Shown here piece by piece: positions 46,401-60,959 of a DNA stretch of 64,000 nt; position 1 is the first letter of the stretch, and each line of letters opens with the position of its first letter. The notes below the pieces were generated by a model, which searched no databases, was not told where the DNA came from, and worked only from the letters and a program-made list of their open reading frames with translations. The position numbers and the translations under genes are program-made. Location: positions 2,914,001-2,978,000 of the forward strand of contig JBLDXI010000032.1 of NCBI GenBank assembly GCA_047495785.1, in the 5' to 3' direction. The stretch is from Lepidodermella squamata. Taxonomy: Eukaryota > Animalia > Gastrotricha.

Positions 46401-48647
46401 GCTGTAATTTTATGAAAAATTACTCAACATATTTTTAAAATGTTTCTACTCAAGGTGCAAACAACGCTGGCTCAGATTTGGTTCGGGGATATAGCAACCT
46501 ATACCCAACACTGGCTGATCTACTCGTCATTGGTCCCTTTACTTACGCCTTTCCTCATTTTCCGACTTCGATTCCAGGAAGAATCGGCGATTGATAGCAA
46601 TAAATCATCGCTAGCCAATATGCTAGTCAACTTTGCCCGCAATCCGAGCTCAAAAGTGACAGCCTTGATGGGCGATGACGACCCTAAAAAGCAGGAAGCG
46701 ACGGTTAAAAAATCGACCAATGAAATCCCAAGTGATAATGCGCGCAATAATTCGAACAAAAGTAGGTCATATCGATCGAAACATGATGTTAAACTGGTCA
46801 AAGCGGCTGTTTTTAACTACAACCGGGACGATCGGATCCCGGTTTTTCGAGCAATTTTCTTGCTTTTCTCTTCACCATTGGCAAAATACACGATTCACTC
46901 GGTAGGAATAAAATTTAAAAATTAGCGAATTTTTTTAATTAATTTTTCAGGTGTTCTCTGTTGCTTTCCTGATTTTATTTTCGTTTTTTGTCCTCGACGG
47001 AATTTACGCCGATAAAGTAACCATCGTCGAAATGGTCATCTGGATTTGTTGTGTCGTTTATTTTCTGGACGTTCTACGCGATTCTTTTGGAAATATCAAT
47101 TTATCAAAAGGCGAGCGAATCCTCGATTTTATCACCGATTATTTTACCCTAGCCGAACTCGTTTGCCTCGCCATTGTCCTGGTAGCCGTGATTCTTCGCT
47201 GTGTTTTGCCCGAAAAGGACATGTCATACCCGCTAACTCTGTATTCAGTCGCTTGTGTCCTGTATTGGCTCAAAGCCTTGCAAATATTTTTCGTCACTGA
47301 ATCGATCGGACCTAAAGTTTTCACGCTAATTCAAATGGTATAGTTTATTTTGTTGTCCCTATTTTAATTATTTAAAAAATTCGATTAGATTCGAGATGTG
47401 ATATTTTTCATCATCATCTACGTCATTTTGCTGTTCGCATTTTCAATACCGATTTACGCGCTCATGTACCCGAATCAACATTTCCGAGACGCGGAGAGTT
47501 TTTTCGACCTAGTTCTGGACATTTTGTACTACCGAATGTGGAACATTTTCGTTATGGCTATGGACGATTCGCGTAACTACGTCGAAGGAACTTGCCGCAA
47601 AATTGCGCCAAATTCGCGCCAATCATCAACGAATGATCCGATCATTTTCGTCTCTTCAAACCCGAGACATCGGACGAAACGAGAGCCCCTGCCGATGGGC
47701 GGCTTCAACGAAACATGGCTTCAATATTTTCTATCGTCGACAGCTTCATCCCCAACAGATGAAATAAACGCATCGAATGATTCTGGTCGATTCAGGTCAG
47801 GGTATCGGTATAATATTAACAATTTACGGCCTGATTATACTGATTTGCCGAATGAATATGCGGAAACAACCATGGTTTTCCACCAATTACCTAAGCCGCT
47901 AAATCAACAGTCGTCTTCAATAATGCCGCTGGCATGTTCGTCCCGAAATATAGTGGCAATTATCCTGTTTGTTATTTTCATCTTATTGACTAATATCGTG
48001 CTGTTAAACATGTTGATCGCGATGTTTTGTGAGTTCATTTAATTTTTTTATTTAATTTTTTTTTAATTATTGAATCTTTCAGCGCACACTGTTGATAAGA
48101 CGAGACAAGCTGCGACTCAGTTGTGGAGGTTCAATCTTTATAGATGCCTCTGCGACTACTACAACCGACCTGTCTTACCGGGTCCATTCATGATTTTCGA
48201 ACTAATTTTCCGATTTTTTGCCTGGGTTCGACGTCTATGTTCCGGGGCTGACAATTTCACTAACACTGCTCTGAGTAATTTATAGAAAAATTTGAAAGCT
48301 ACGTCTAACTTTGTTTTATCTAGAGCGCTATTACCCGAGTTTGGACGATTATGAATATCGAAAGTTGGAAATGTTCGAACGTAGCGCTATTGAAGTAGCC
48401 CTGTCAGACCCTAAGACAAACAAAAAGGGTGATAAATCGCAAGAAATGATAATCGCTAAGCTACGATATATTCAAGAGAGGTAATTTCTTATACATTTCT
48501 TTCGATTTTTTAAATTTTTTTTAAATTTTCAGAATGCAAGGAAAGATGGATCAAGTTGAAACAAAGGTTGCGGATGCATTGGAAGAAATGTTCCAGGTCG
48601 TACTCGGTCATTCAAAAGCTCTACTGAGAAAGCAATCGAGAAGCTAA
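43455..48647 (+). CDS. TRPM-like cation channel, paralogue 1 (multi-exon)
   Basis: MHR/SLOG motifs (PQLIIEVTG, AWLVTGGTNCGVMKLIGDAV, LNPGHNCFLLVDN), six TM segments, S6 LLNMLIAMF, TRP helix LWRFNLY...RPVLPGPF and a short coiled-coil C-terminus. No NUDIX or kinase domain. Confidence 0.9.
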
Positions 48648-49257
48648 ATTGAAACAAAATACCCGGTTTTTAAGCCTAAATTATGAGCTAAAATAAAGAC
48701 GGAACAAATGGACTTCTTTATAAAAATTAGGACGGTTAATGGCTGATGTCAAAAATTTCTATCTGCATTAGATCGAATCAAAATCGATTCGATATCTATG
48801 TGTTTGCTTTGGAATAGGTAATTACAGTTCAAGTCGATTTGTGACACAACCAAACACCGCTAAAAACCCCTAACACGCCCATCGTTTGAACGAAAATCAA
48901 TACGCAACCTGATCTAAAACCCTTTGCGCCTTAACTTAAGTGCGGTTTTATTCCCGTGTTGCTAGGCAAAGTCCACTCTTGACAGAATCGAGCGGTGCTA
49001 CTATAATATTCCAATTATCAACAGCTTCGTCGCTAAATTAGCGCATCCCTGTGCAATGTATGTGCAGCGTACTTTCTGGTCGCAGCAATTTTTTCAGATG
49101 CCTCGGGGCACAGGAACGGCTATAGAAGCAAAAAGCGCAATTATCTGCAAATTTACATCTGCTATTATTATTATTTTTCTATCATCATCGCCGCAGGGTT
49201 GTTTCAATTAAAAATTAATAAGGCCTGACATTGATCCTTCGCCGAGATTGCGTTGCG

Positions 49258-52200
49258 ATGAGTTTCCACGAAGACGATGTGAGTTTCTGACCTAAAAAGA
49301 AATATTAAGGCGCTTTTTCACATAATTTATACCAAAAAAATGCCGACCTATTTCATGTTTCATCCGAAGGCTGTTGTGGTCGAACGCATCGCCAGATTTG
49401 TCATGGATTGCTTCGCGGTTCGGCAATGCACGCGATACGTTAAGGTGGATTTGAATGCCGAGAGTCCATCAGATAAAGCTGTGCTTAAAGAGTGAGACAT
49501 TACATCTACCTTAATTTAAATCAAAATTTTAAACTTAGTACTGACTGTGTTTGCGGTCGATCAATCAAGTGGCATGCGAAACGCTTCGGAAAGCGATTCA
49601 GCCGAATGGTGGATGAAATTTCTGAGGAATCGCTGGCACCCTGGAGTTTGAACGACGACACCGCCCTCTTTCAAACCAACAGTTTCGGGCAGTTATTTTT
49701 CGTCGCCGGGGAGGGCGTTGATTCCTCGTCGATCTTCCCCGGCGCCTCGGCTAACTACGTCCGAGTTCCTAATACCAGTAATATGGACGATATTTACCGG
49801 CTTCTGACATCGAAACAGCTATGGGCCTTACCCTCGCCTCAGTTGATTATCGAAGTCGCTGGCACGAAGCCAAGCGCATTCACCTACGTCGATCGAGAAC
49901 TGCTGGAGAAGTTCAACCAGGGAATAATCAAGGCGGCTGAGGCTGCTAACGCGTGGTTCGTTACAGGCGGATCGAATCTAGGCGTGATGGCCCTTGTCGG
50001 CAATGCTGTCGCAAAATCGCGAATCACCCAGGGTGACTCGAAGGGCATCACCTGTTTAGGGATCATGCCATTCGGCGTGGTCAACCACCGTGAAGAACTG
50101 GTCAATTTCGACGATGACTCATCACCGTCAAGCGTGTCCATCGACGTAACGCCCCATCGTAATAATAATGGAAACGGAATTTTAGCGAACGGGCATAGTA
50201 AAAGTAAATCCGTTCGAATTTTCCCGCCTATCGAGCATCTAATGGCAAATTGGACAACGGCCTACACGGTCGAAGGGCATGGTCGAGATGGGGTAGCTTT
50301 AAACCCGGGTCATAATTGTTTCCTATTCGTCGACTCTGGCCGTGAAAAACGATTTGGAGACGAGACTGCATTCCGGAATAAATTCCTACTTCACATGTCC
50401 CAAAAAACGTTGAACACTGCGACGGAGGGTTACACGTCAAGTAACCCTAGTCAGACACCTGTTGTTCTTCTAGTCGTCGGCGGGGCGATTAATACCCTGG
50501 CTATGATAGATGAGGCGACAGACAACTCGCCGTCAGATCATGCTACCCTGAGACGGCCGGTTGTTTTGATGTCGGGAATGTTCGGCGGGGCGTCTGATTT
50601 GCTGTCATTTGCCTTTAAAATAACGGCACCAGTCGCTGAAAGGACAGCGGTGAAAGTGAAGGCTGAATCTGTTTTCCCGAATGACTTCGACGAAAAGATT
50701 CGAAGCCACCCGTCATTTCGGCAAATTTTAGCCGGCATCAGCGATGAGTCGAAAATCCGGGCCGAGGAGGCTAGAGCAGTTGCGCTGGTTCGGAAAATTC
50801 TTCGAAATCGAACCATGCTAACAGTGGTTGATTTGCTAGACGACCACGCAGCGCCGCTAGACCAGGCGATTCTGGATTCAATCTTCAAAGCGGCGAGTTT
50901 CGGCTCGCCGGCGTCCGCGTTCGAGCTGGCGCAACTTTGGGATCGAATCGACACGGCGAAAGATGTTTTAAGGCAGCATGGGGATGAAGTGAGGCAAAAT
51001 GTGGACACGCAACGGGCGTTAACCGAGGCGCTACTTTTCGGTCAGGTCGACTTTGTGAAGCTTTACACCGAAGACGGGCATGTCGATCTTCATTCCTACC
51101 TGACAATCTCACAAATAAAGGACATCTATACCGATGTAAAAAAATAACTTGAAAAATGATTTAAAATTTATGAGATTATTTTAGATGTTCATAAAACGTC
51201 GAGGTCTACCCGGAAAAGCTGCGAGTATTCGTTTATTTCGAAGCCTTTTAATGCGGAAAACAATGGAAGATGTCCTCATCGCCTCGACGCCTTACGAATT
51301 TATGGAAAAAATCGGAGCCATTCTGCAGCGACTTGTCGGTTGTTACATGGACAACGTATTTGTCGAGGAGAAGGCGTTCAAAGCCTACGGGAAGCGATCT
51401 CTATCGCCTGAGACCATCGATCAGCTGTTCAACCAGCCGTATGAGACTGGAATTAGGGACATTTTCCTACTCCAACTGTTGCTTCATCGGCATGAATTGG
51501 CGGTTTATTTCTTCAAAGTTGGCCATGATCACATCGGGACGGCTTTGATGGCTGGGATTTTCTTGAAATCGCTGGCTAAGGAGGCGGAGAGACTCGATAT
51601 GACTGACTTGGCGATAGCCTACGATGAGAATTCGATGTAATTATAGAAATTAATTTTTTTTATAATTTTTTATTAAATTAAAATTAAAATTAATTAATTA
51701 ATTATTATTTTTGATTTTTTAATTTATAACCTAATTTAGAGAATGGCAAGACACAGCAATTGACCTACTTGCGAATTGCTACGAACATGACCCAGTTATT
51801 TGCGGACAATTATTGCGGCGTCGACTTCAATGTTGGCAGGGTCTAACCGTGCTCGAAATGGCGTACTACGGCGATCGAAAAAAATTCATGGAACAACCAG
51901 CTGTTCAAACGACCCTTGCCCAAACCTGGCTAGGCCGTATGGCTTCGTTCAACCCACCCTCCTTAATCTACTCAAGCTTATTTCCGCCGTTGTTACCAAT
52001 TTTGATATTCCGAATTCGATTCGAAGATCAAACCTCTTGGCAGGTGCATTACAACGTTGGCAAGAAAGATTGGAAGCTTAGTAAGAAAAAGACAACAGCT
52101 CGAGTTGCTGATCTACTGTCTACCGAGCGCGTTAAGCGGCAGAGGTCGAATGACATTGCAGAAATTGCTCGAGAGACATCGATAACCGTGAAAAGAATGC

Positions 52201-53981
52201 GGCCTTTCTCAGCTTTGGCGAAGCGTAATCGCGACTTCAGCCTAGCCAGACCGACGCTAATCGGCGCTGATAAGCCGGGTCGAATTTCGGTTTTTCGAGC
52301 GATTTACCTTCTGTATTCATCCCCGATCGGTAAACACATCACCCACACGGCAATGCTGGCAATATTCCTGTTGCTTTTCCTATTTTTTGTTGTCGATGGT
52401 CCGCATCGTTTTGAGGTTGGGCCGGTTGAAGTTATCATTTGGTTCACGTGTTTGGTGTACTTTCTCGAAAATATGCGCCAAGTTTTTGCGCAGACGAATT
52501 TATCAGTAGCAGAACGAATAGAAGACTATTTTACGAATATGTGGATGATGGCTGATTTGGTTGGATTCCTTCTTGTTTTCATATCGGCCGTGATGCGATT
52601 CACCCTGGATCAGAAAGAATTCATCTACCCCCGATCGACTTACTCCTTGGCATGTGTTGTCTACTGGCTGAAATCTTTGCGAGTTTTTTTCGTCAGCGAG
52701 TCGATGGGACCGAAAGTGTTCACCCTACTATCAATGGTATAATTAAAAGTTGATAAGCCACCTTAATGTAAATTTTTCTCTCCCTAGATGCGTGATGTCA
52801 TGTTTTTTCTGGTGATTTACATGATAATTATGCTGTCTTTTTCGAGTCCGATTTACGCCCTCTTGTATCCGGATCAAAATATCGACAGCCCAAGAGCTTA
52901 TTTCGCGCTGCTACTTGAAATTTCCTATCAACGAATGTGTTTGTTTTTTCGGAAAAATTCGGAAAATTGGAATTCGAAGTTCGCTCTTTTTTAGGGAATA
53001 TTTTTGTGGTGACTATGGACGATTCTCGTGCTATTATCGAAGGGACGTGTAATTCGCCGAATGCTGGCCATCCGAGCTTGGACATCAACATTCAGCGGAA
53101 CGTTCTCGTTACAGAAACTTTGGCGTCAAACCTTTCGACCTTGGCTACGACACTTATGAACGCAGATTCGGTTGAGAATGTGACGGAAGGGGTAACAACC
53201 AGTCATCCGGTTACCATGGCGACGAAAATTGTAGAGACCAACATGCACATATCGACGTCGGACAATCAAAATTTCGGGGTCAACTCGTGTTCGCATCGAA
53301 ACATCATCGCAATCATCCTTTATCTGATTTATCTTATCATCACAAATATCGTAAAATTTATTTCGAGAAATGTGCGACTTTTATTACAGCAATAATTGCT
53401 TTAGAGCCTCCTTAACATGCTTATTGCCATGTTTGCGCACACTGTCGATAAAACTAGGTCATCGGCCACTCGATTATGGCGCTTCAACCTGTACCGATTC
53501 CTGCAAGAATACTACTTCCGGCCTATTTTGCCTGGCCCGTTCATGATATTCGAACTTTCGTACCGATTCACGTTGTTTTTGGGACAAAAACTTGCCGGTG
53601 CAACTGCTACTGAAAACACTGATCTCAGTAAGCCTCTTCAATTCGGCAATTGCTCAAGTTGAGAATTTTTGTTCACTTTCAGGCTTCAATGTGGTGACAT
53701 TCGCTGAGGATAATTACCCTGGCATTGATGATTACGATTATCGACGCATGGAATTGTTCGAAAAAAGTGCGGTGGAGCTGTCACTGAATAGAAAAAGCGC
53801 ATCTACCAACGACCATAACCGACGCGTAATGCGCAAACTTCACTCTGTTCACGACAGGTTTTTGTCTCATGTTTCAATTATTTCCTTGAAAATAACTTTT
53901 TTTTACTTTAGATTGCATGCGAAAATGGAAGTTTTAGAGGTCAAGCTCGGTGAAGCAATTGATCGACTGAATAAACGTTGA
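49258..53981 (+). CDS. TRPM-like cation channel, paralogue 2
   Basis: Same motifs in ORFs 49492-51147, 51185-51640, 51813-52742, 52937-53395 and 53417-53662. Confidence 0.9.
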
Positions 53982-54337
53982 TGACAACCTTTATTACTGG
54001 TCATTTGATGACCCTGATCTTCTGAGCTTTCAATTTTATCGGTGAAAGCAGTGACAAGTAATCGCTAATAAAATATAATTAGGTAGTGCAATTGGTTTTT
54101 TTTGGACTGCCGGCCCTCATGATTAATTAAAGAGCTGAAAAAGACGAATGATGTTTTCCAGAAATTGTCACGAAACGCCCATTCATGTCCATATCAGTCA
54201 GCCTGTGATTCTAAATCCCTTGCTAGTCGTAAATTATATCAAGATCCGAAACAAATTGATCGGAAAACGTTTCAGAAATTCATGTTTTTGAGACAATTTC
54301 CTAAAAATACCTAACTAATAATTTTGAGGCTGAAAAA

Positions 54338-57300
54338 ATGAAATCCCAGAAAGAGGAGGTGGGCCTTAACTATATATTATTCATTCGCCAATAATTTTTA
54401 GCAATTTTTGTCATAGTCGGCCATGGTTGAACGTATCGCGAATTTTCTAGCCGAGAAATTTGAACTCAGGCAATGCAACCGATACGTTAAATTCGTACCA
54501 CACGCCCTCAATCCTAACGGCCAATATCTTCGATATAAACCGTATATAAATTAAAAAAATGCCACCTTAATATTAAACAAGTTTTTGTTTCAGGACTGAT
54601 TGCATGTGTGGGCGGTCGTTCGATTGGCACTTGAAGCACAAATGTTTGATAAATTTACCATCAGAAGTGAACAAACAGCCGGCGGAAACTGCATTCCGAC
54701 CTTGGACGGTAACAGCAGATACGCTTCCGATACCTTGCGACAGTTTCGGCCAGTTGTTTTTCACGCCCGGCGAGGGTGTCGATTCGTCATCAATCATACC
54801 TGGCGCCTCGGCCAACTACGTTAAATTGCCAGGAAAGGCGAATTTAGAGGACGTCTATCAACTGATGACGTCGAAAGATTTGTGGGGCTTCAACCCGCCC
54901 CAATTGATAATCGAAGTTTCTGGAACTAAAAGGAGCAAATTTGTTTACGTGGACCGCGATAATCTGGAAAAGTTCAATCAGGTAACAAATTTAATTAAAA
55001 ATTGAATAAATTAATGTCAAATTTTTTTCAGGGCATCATAAAAGCGGCTCAGGCTGCGAATGCTTGGTTTATTACCAGTGGCTCCAATATCGGAATAATG
55101 GGACTGGTAGGTGATGCCGTAGCCAAGTCTCGAATCACCCAAGCCGACACAACTGGGATCACCTGTGTCGGAATTCTACCATACGGGGTTGTTTATCATC
55201 GCGAATTACTCGCGAATTTCGAAGGCAAAATCAAATTTGTTCAAGAAAATGGCCAGAGTGAACGAAACAACTACCAACAACAGCAACAATGGTACCAATA
55301 TCAACAGCCTAACCAGACCACCATACCATCTAGGGAGTATCTCCTCGAGAATTGGACCACCTGCTATTCGGTAGATCGCGATTCCGGTGAAGGCGTGGTC
55401 TTAAATGCGGGGCATAGTTGTTTCCTGCTTGTGGATAACGGCCGCGAGAAGAATTTCGCAGATGAGAAGACGTTCAAAAACGATTTCATACAATTTTTGT
55501 CGCAAAAGGCGCTGAATGGGTTCGCCGAGGGTCGGCCAGCTAACGCGAATCGAACCCCTGCTGTTCTGCTGGTAGTTGGCGGGTCTCTTAACACCCTATT
55601 CAACGTCACCCAGGCAGTTTCCGGCCGGAAATGTGCCGATTTAGCGCAAGGGGGCCAGGGTGGAACGAGAATTTTACGATTTGATGACGACACGGAAGAA
55701 GAGGCAGTTTTCTCTCGCCCTGTCGTACTGCTTTCGGGTATATTCTGGGGCGCTTCGGATTTGCTAGCCTTCGCCTACCGTATTACGGCGCCTATTTCGG
55801 AAAAGGAGCGGTTTTTGTCGAAAACGTTGAAACGAGACGAAAGCATCTTCCCGGCTGATTTCGAGGACAAAATTCGACACCAGCCTTCATTTCATCACAT
55901 CATGTACGATGTTCTTGATGCGAAACGCGTTTCAGAGGAATATCGGGTTATCAATATGATACGAAAGTGTTTAAGGTAAGATTTGAAATTCCTTAATTTC
56001 GAATTTTAAATTCAATTTTAAATTTTTTGAAATTTTGATTTTAAATTTGGCCGAAAGTGATTTTTCAATATTTCTATATTTTAATGATAGCAGCCATATT
56101 TTTGGTTTTTTTGAAATTCGAATTTAAAATTTGAAAATTTCGAAATTTTTCAAATATTTTATCACTGGTTCCTGGCTTTTATTTTTCCGAAGCCATGGTT
56201 TTTCCTCTCGTGATCGATTCTGAAGCTTCCACTTGACACCTAATTTTGATGTTCCAGGTACAGGTCAATGATCACTGTGGTCGATGTCAACGATGACCAT
56301 ACAGCCCCATTGGAAACTGCGATACTCGACGCTGTTTTCAAGTCGAACTTCGCCTCGCCAGCCGCTGCTCTTGAACTGTCCCAGATGTGGGACAGAGTCG
56401 ACATTGCGAAGGACCTACTACGGCAACACGGTGATGAAGTTCGCCAGATTGTAGACACCCGTCGCGCGCTAACCCGGGCGATTCTCGATGGCCAGGCCGA
56501 GTTTGTGAAACTCTTCACCGAAGATGGCCACGTTGATTTGAATCGATACTTGACCCCACTTCAAATTCGAAATATTTACATCGAAATGTTCCTGAGTGTC
56601 CGGGGTCGAACTTCAAAGTTGTCCAGTGTCCGGCTATTCCGTTCCTTACTCATGAGAAGTTCGATGGAAGACGCAATTCTAGCAGCATCGCCTTATGAAT
56701 TTCTCAAAAATCTCGGTTCTATCCTATCTAAGTTGGTCGGCTGCTATATGGACAACATTTTCGTCGACGAAAAGAACTTCAAGGCCCTTGGAAGCTCGGT
56801 GGAAGACCCAATTGCGGTCGTTCAAGTGATTAACCAGCCTTTCGTGACCAGCCTGAGGGACATGTTCATCTTACAGTTGCTGCTACAACGCCATAATTTG
56901 GCGAGTTTTTTCTTCAAAGTCGGCCACGATCACGTCGGAAGCGCGTTAATGGCTAGTATCTTCCTAAAAGCCTTATCTAAAGAGGCAGCTAGACTCGATA
57001 TGACCGATTTAGCGATAACATATTCTGATAACTCGACAGAATGGCAGAATCGATCGGTTGCTTTGCTATCCATGTGCTACGAGCAGGATCCTATCATTTG
57101 TAGCCAGTTGCTGAAGAGACGCTTGCAATGTTGGCAGGGCCTTACCTTGTTAGAAATGGCTTTCTATGGCGATAATAAGGAATTCATGGAACAGCCGGCA
57201 GTTCAAACCGTACTAACTCAAACTTGGTTAGGAAAAATGGCCTCGTTTAGCCGGACATCGCTGATATACGCGTCATTATTCCCACCTTTCTTGCCCTTCC

Positions 57301-59772
57301 TAATTTTCCGGCTAAGATTTGAAGAAAGGAATGCGGCTATTGTTAAAAGTTCAGAGAAAGCCCCGGAAAAGGAGGAATCCGACGGCGATGTGGAAAAGGG
57401 ACATTTAGCCAGTAACAAAGTTTCGGATTTAGCTCCGTTGACTAAAAAGGTCCAGCGCCTCTATGAAGAGACGGCTGAAAAGCAATCGGTTAAACGAATG
57501 AGGCCTTTTTCAGCCCTATCGAAAACAAGCCGCGAGGTCAATTTATCCAAGGCCTCGTTGAGCTTCAAGGAAACACCTGGAAGAATTCCTGTTTATAAAG
57601 CGGTTTACTTTTTGTACTCGTCACCGATCGGGAAATACATCACTCACTCTGTGACCTTGGCCTTGTTCCTATTCCTATTTTCCTTTTTCATTCTGAACGG
57701 AATCCGTAGTCAGAAAGTTGATATTGTCGAGGTTTTGATCCTGTTTTGTTGCATCGTTTATTTCATGGAAAATTTGAGGCAGTTGTTCTCGCAAACTAAT
57801 CTGACGTTCGCCGAGAGATTGCAAGATTTTTTCTCCGATTTTTGGCTTACATCTGACGTCCTTTGCTTCTTGATCATCGTCCTATCCGTCGTTATTCGAT
57901 ACTACTCGCCGTCCAGTGAGTACGTATATTGTCATACTCTCTACGCCGTCGCCTGTGTTGGCTATTGGTTGAAGTCGCTGAGAATTTTTTTCGTCAGCGA
58001 AACCATGGGACCTAAAGTCTTCACCTTGTTCAAAATGGTTAGTTAATTTTTTAAAACTCCTCCTTAAAAAAATCAAATATTATTTCAGATTTTGGATGTG
58101 ATGTTTTTCCTCATAATTTACATGATCCTCAATTTCTCATTTTCGAGCCCGATTTATGCACTTTTGTATCCTGACCGAGAAATCAATCATCCTAGAGTGT
58201 TTTTCACCCTTCTTTTGGACATTACATATCAACGAATGTGTAAGTCTCGGAAATTGATATCCGATGGAAATGTTTATAATATGCTAAACTAAATTTAGGG
58301 AATATTTTCGCTGTCACAATGGACAACTCGCGAGCCATTATAGAAGGGACATGCCGTGCGAAACAACGAGAACTTAAAACGGACGCATCCCTGTTAAACA
58401 TGCTGACGTTCAGGGTGTTGGAAAATTTGTCCAACGGCAATGAAACGCAAAGCCAGGAGCTGGATTACGACCGAATAAATTCGACTGATTTTGAAGTTTC
58501 ACTCAACAACACTTTGAGCAGCATGTATGAAATCAACCCGTGCTCGAAAAGGAACGTCGTTGCCATCATCCTATACATGGTCTATTTGGTGTTGACTAAT
58601 ATCGTAAGTTGCTGAATCATCCGTGATCGGACTTGAAACCCAACGGCATCTTTTTCTGCCACCCTATATTGAAAAAATCCTGTAGGGTGACTACAACCCC
58701 AGGCTGTCTAAAAGGCATATCTCCGCGCTGGGAAATCGTATAAATTCGGGGAAAACGGATAAATGACCAGTGTCTCGTAGACTTGGTGATGAGCTAGGAG
58801 CCGTTTTTTGGGACTGTCACCAAACTGCACTAAAAGTCATCAAAATCGATTTTGCCCGAAGTATTACCTATGACCCAACTGAATGCATTTCTAGATGGAT
58901 CTCATAACGCTGATGAACTTTTTCTTTGAGAGCGGCTTCCTAGCTATCGCCGTTCTTGAAATAATCTTCCAGGTGTGACAACAGGTAAGGTCACGTGACA
59001 ACTTGACACTGGAATATCTCAATAACGGTGGATGATAAAAATGTGCGGTTTTCAGATTCTTAATCCCAGAATTTTTCTCTATCGGAAAAGCACGTGTCAA
59101 TAGGGAAAGAAAAATAATCATATTTTCCGAAAACATTCTGGGTTTTAATGGGCTTTAATGTTTTTTCCAGAGCTTGTTGAACATGCTAGTGGGCATGTTT
59201 TCGCACACAGTCAGCGAAACTCGGCTGACAGCGACGCGGCTTTGGCGGTTCAATATCTACCGATTTTTAACCGAATATTACTGCCGACCCGTCCTGCCCG
59301 GGCCTTTAATGGTTTTCGAACTCTTCTACCGATTCGGTCAAACTATCTATTGCCAAATTACCGGCGAAGTGATAGAAGATGATTCAGACCTAAGTAAAAG
59401 CTAGAATTTTCGCAGAATTTTTCTAAAAATTTCGATTTTCAGAGGAGGAGTTTGACGGGATCGATGACTACGACTATCGTCGGATGGAAATGTTCGAAAA
59501 AAGTGCCGTCGAGTTGCAGGCGACTAACGCGCTCGCAAACGGCGATTCTTCTCATCGCGAAATGAACGGCCGAGTGATGAGCAAGCTTAACAACGTTCAC
59601 GAAAGGTCATCTATTATAATTAAACCAGAAATCTTATTAAAATTTTTATTATAGATTGAATGCAAAGATGGAAGTACTTGAGTGCCGTGTCGGGGAAGCA
59701 GTCGAAAAAATTGTGGTTGACCGGTATCAAAAGGTTCGGCATCATATCGTCAATCCAAACTACCCTAATTAA
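54338..59772 (+). CDS. TRPM-like cation channel, paralogue 3
   Basis: Same motifs in ORFs 54604-55005, 55002-55979, 56268-58046, 58319-58615 and 59174-59404. Confidence 0.9.
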
Positions 59773-59998
59773 AACCCTGATTTTATTTGATTTGAATTTT
59801 AAATGAAAACGTGCGACTTCATTCAATGAGACGATATAGTTTATTCAAGCGTGAGCTGTTTTTTGTTTACCTTTTTTTATAGAGTGCGCGCCTGCAGGTC
59901 TCTCTCGCTTATGTGTAATCAAAAATAAATTAGTTCTAAAATGAGCCGTGAATATGCTGCAGCTTTTTTTCACATTAGGATATGCTTATAGTAAATAA

Positions 59999-60843
59999 AT
60001 GAATGATAACATTCTGGTGCTGCTTTTTTTATGCTTGGTTCATTTAAATGCGACAACAGGTGATCTCGGAGCCTATGTTGTCCCTTTAGGTAGAATATAT
60101 ATATTTTCTAGAATTATTTCAAGAATTTTATACAATCAACAGAGTATGAGAATTACGACATCCATCAACCGAGTTCATCAACACCAAGCCAGGTATCCAA
60201 GTTTGGTCAAGTTAGGGCCAAAATAGGAGATCATGTCATGCCTTTGGGTAATTATTTTGCAAATTTCTGAAGCTCCGATCCAATTCAAATTTTTCGCAGA
60301 CTATGATCTTGAGCTGACGAGTTCAGCAAAACGTGAGCTTAATTACTGTCCTAACGGCAAAAATTACGAAATCATGCGGTTTTTTAAGCGGAATTGCAGA
60401 CGAGACAGCCCGATGATTCACAAAGACGCAGTTCATTGTCGAAATTTGCGTGGAAAAAAGCACGAACAATCAAACCAGGTTAGATTATCGTATTGTCGAA
60501 TTTTTCTATTAGGAATTTCTTTATTTTTTACAGCCGATTATGAGTATTACTATGATGTAATCATCGACGATACGACCACGACCTCCTTTCCACAGGTTGT
60601 CAAGCGAGTTGAAATTCAAACGAGTAAGTTTTTGGTTGAACTTCGACCTAACACCCAAACAATTTTTTCTCTTCAAAAGGTACTTCCCCCGTCCAGAATC
60701 GAGTGACAAATCCATTCGAGGGTGAAAGTCCCGATACAGGAAACGTTATTGGAATCATAATCGGCGTGCTGTCAGCAGTCATCATCATCTCGCTAGCTTT
60801 AGTAACTTTTTTCCAACTATATCCTCACAAACTTTGCTGCTGA
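59999..60843 (+). CDS. Small type I membrane protein of unknown function (multi-exon)
   Basis: Signal peptide MNDNILVLLFLCLVHLNATTG, a Cys-containing ectodomain, and C-terminal TM VIGIIIGVLSAVIIISLALVTFF ending KLCC*. Confidence 0.55.
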
Positions 60844-60959
60844 AATGAGCGAAAAATCACAAATTAAAAATGTCAATTTTCTTTGAATTTATTTGAATCT
60901 AAATTCAAGAGGCAGCTATAACTTGAAGAGTTTCAAACTGATTCTTTCGTCCCGAAATT

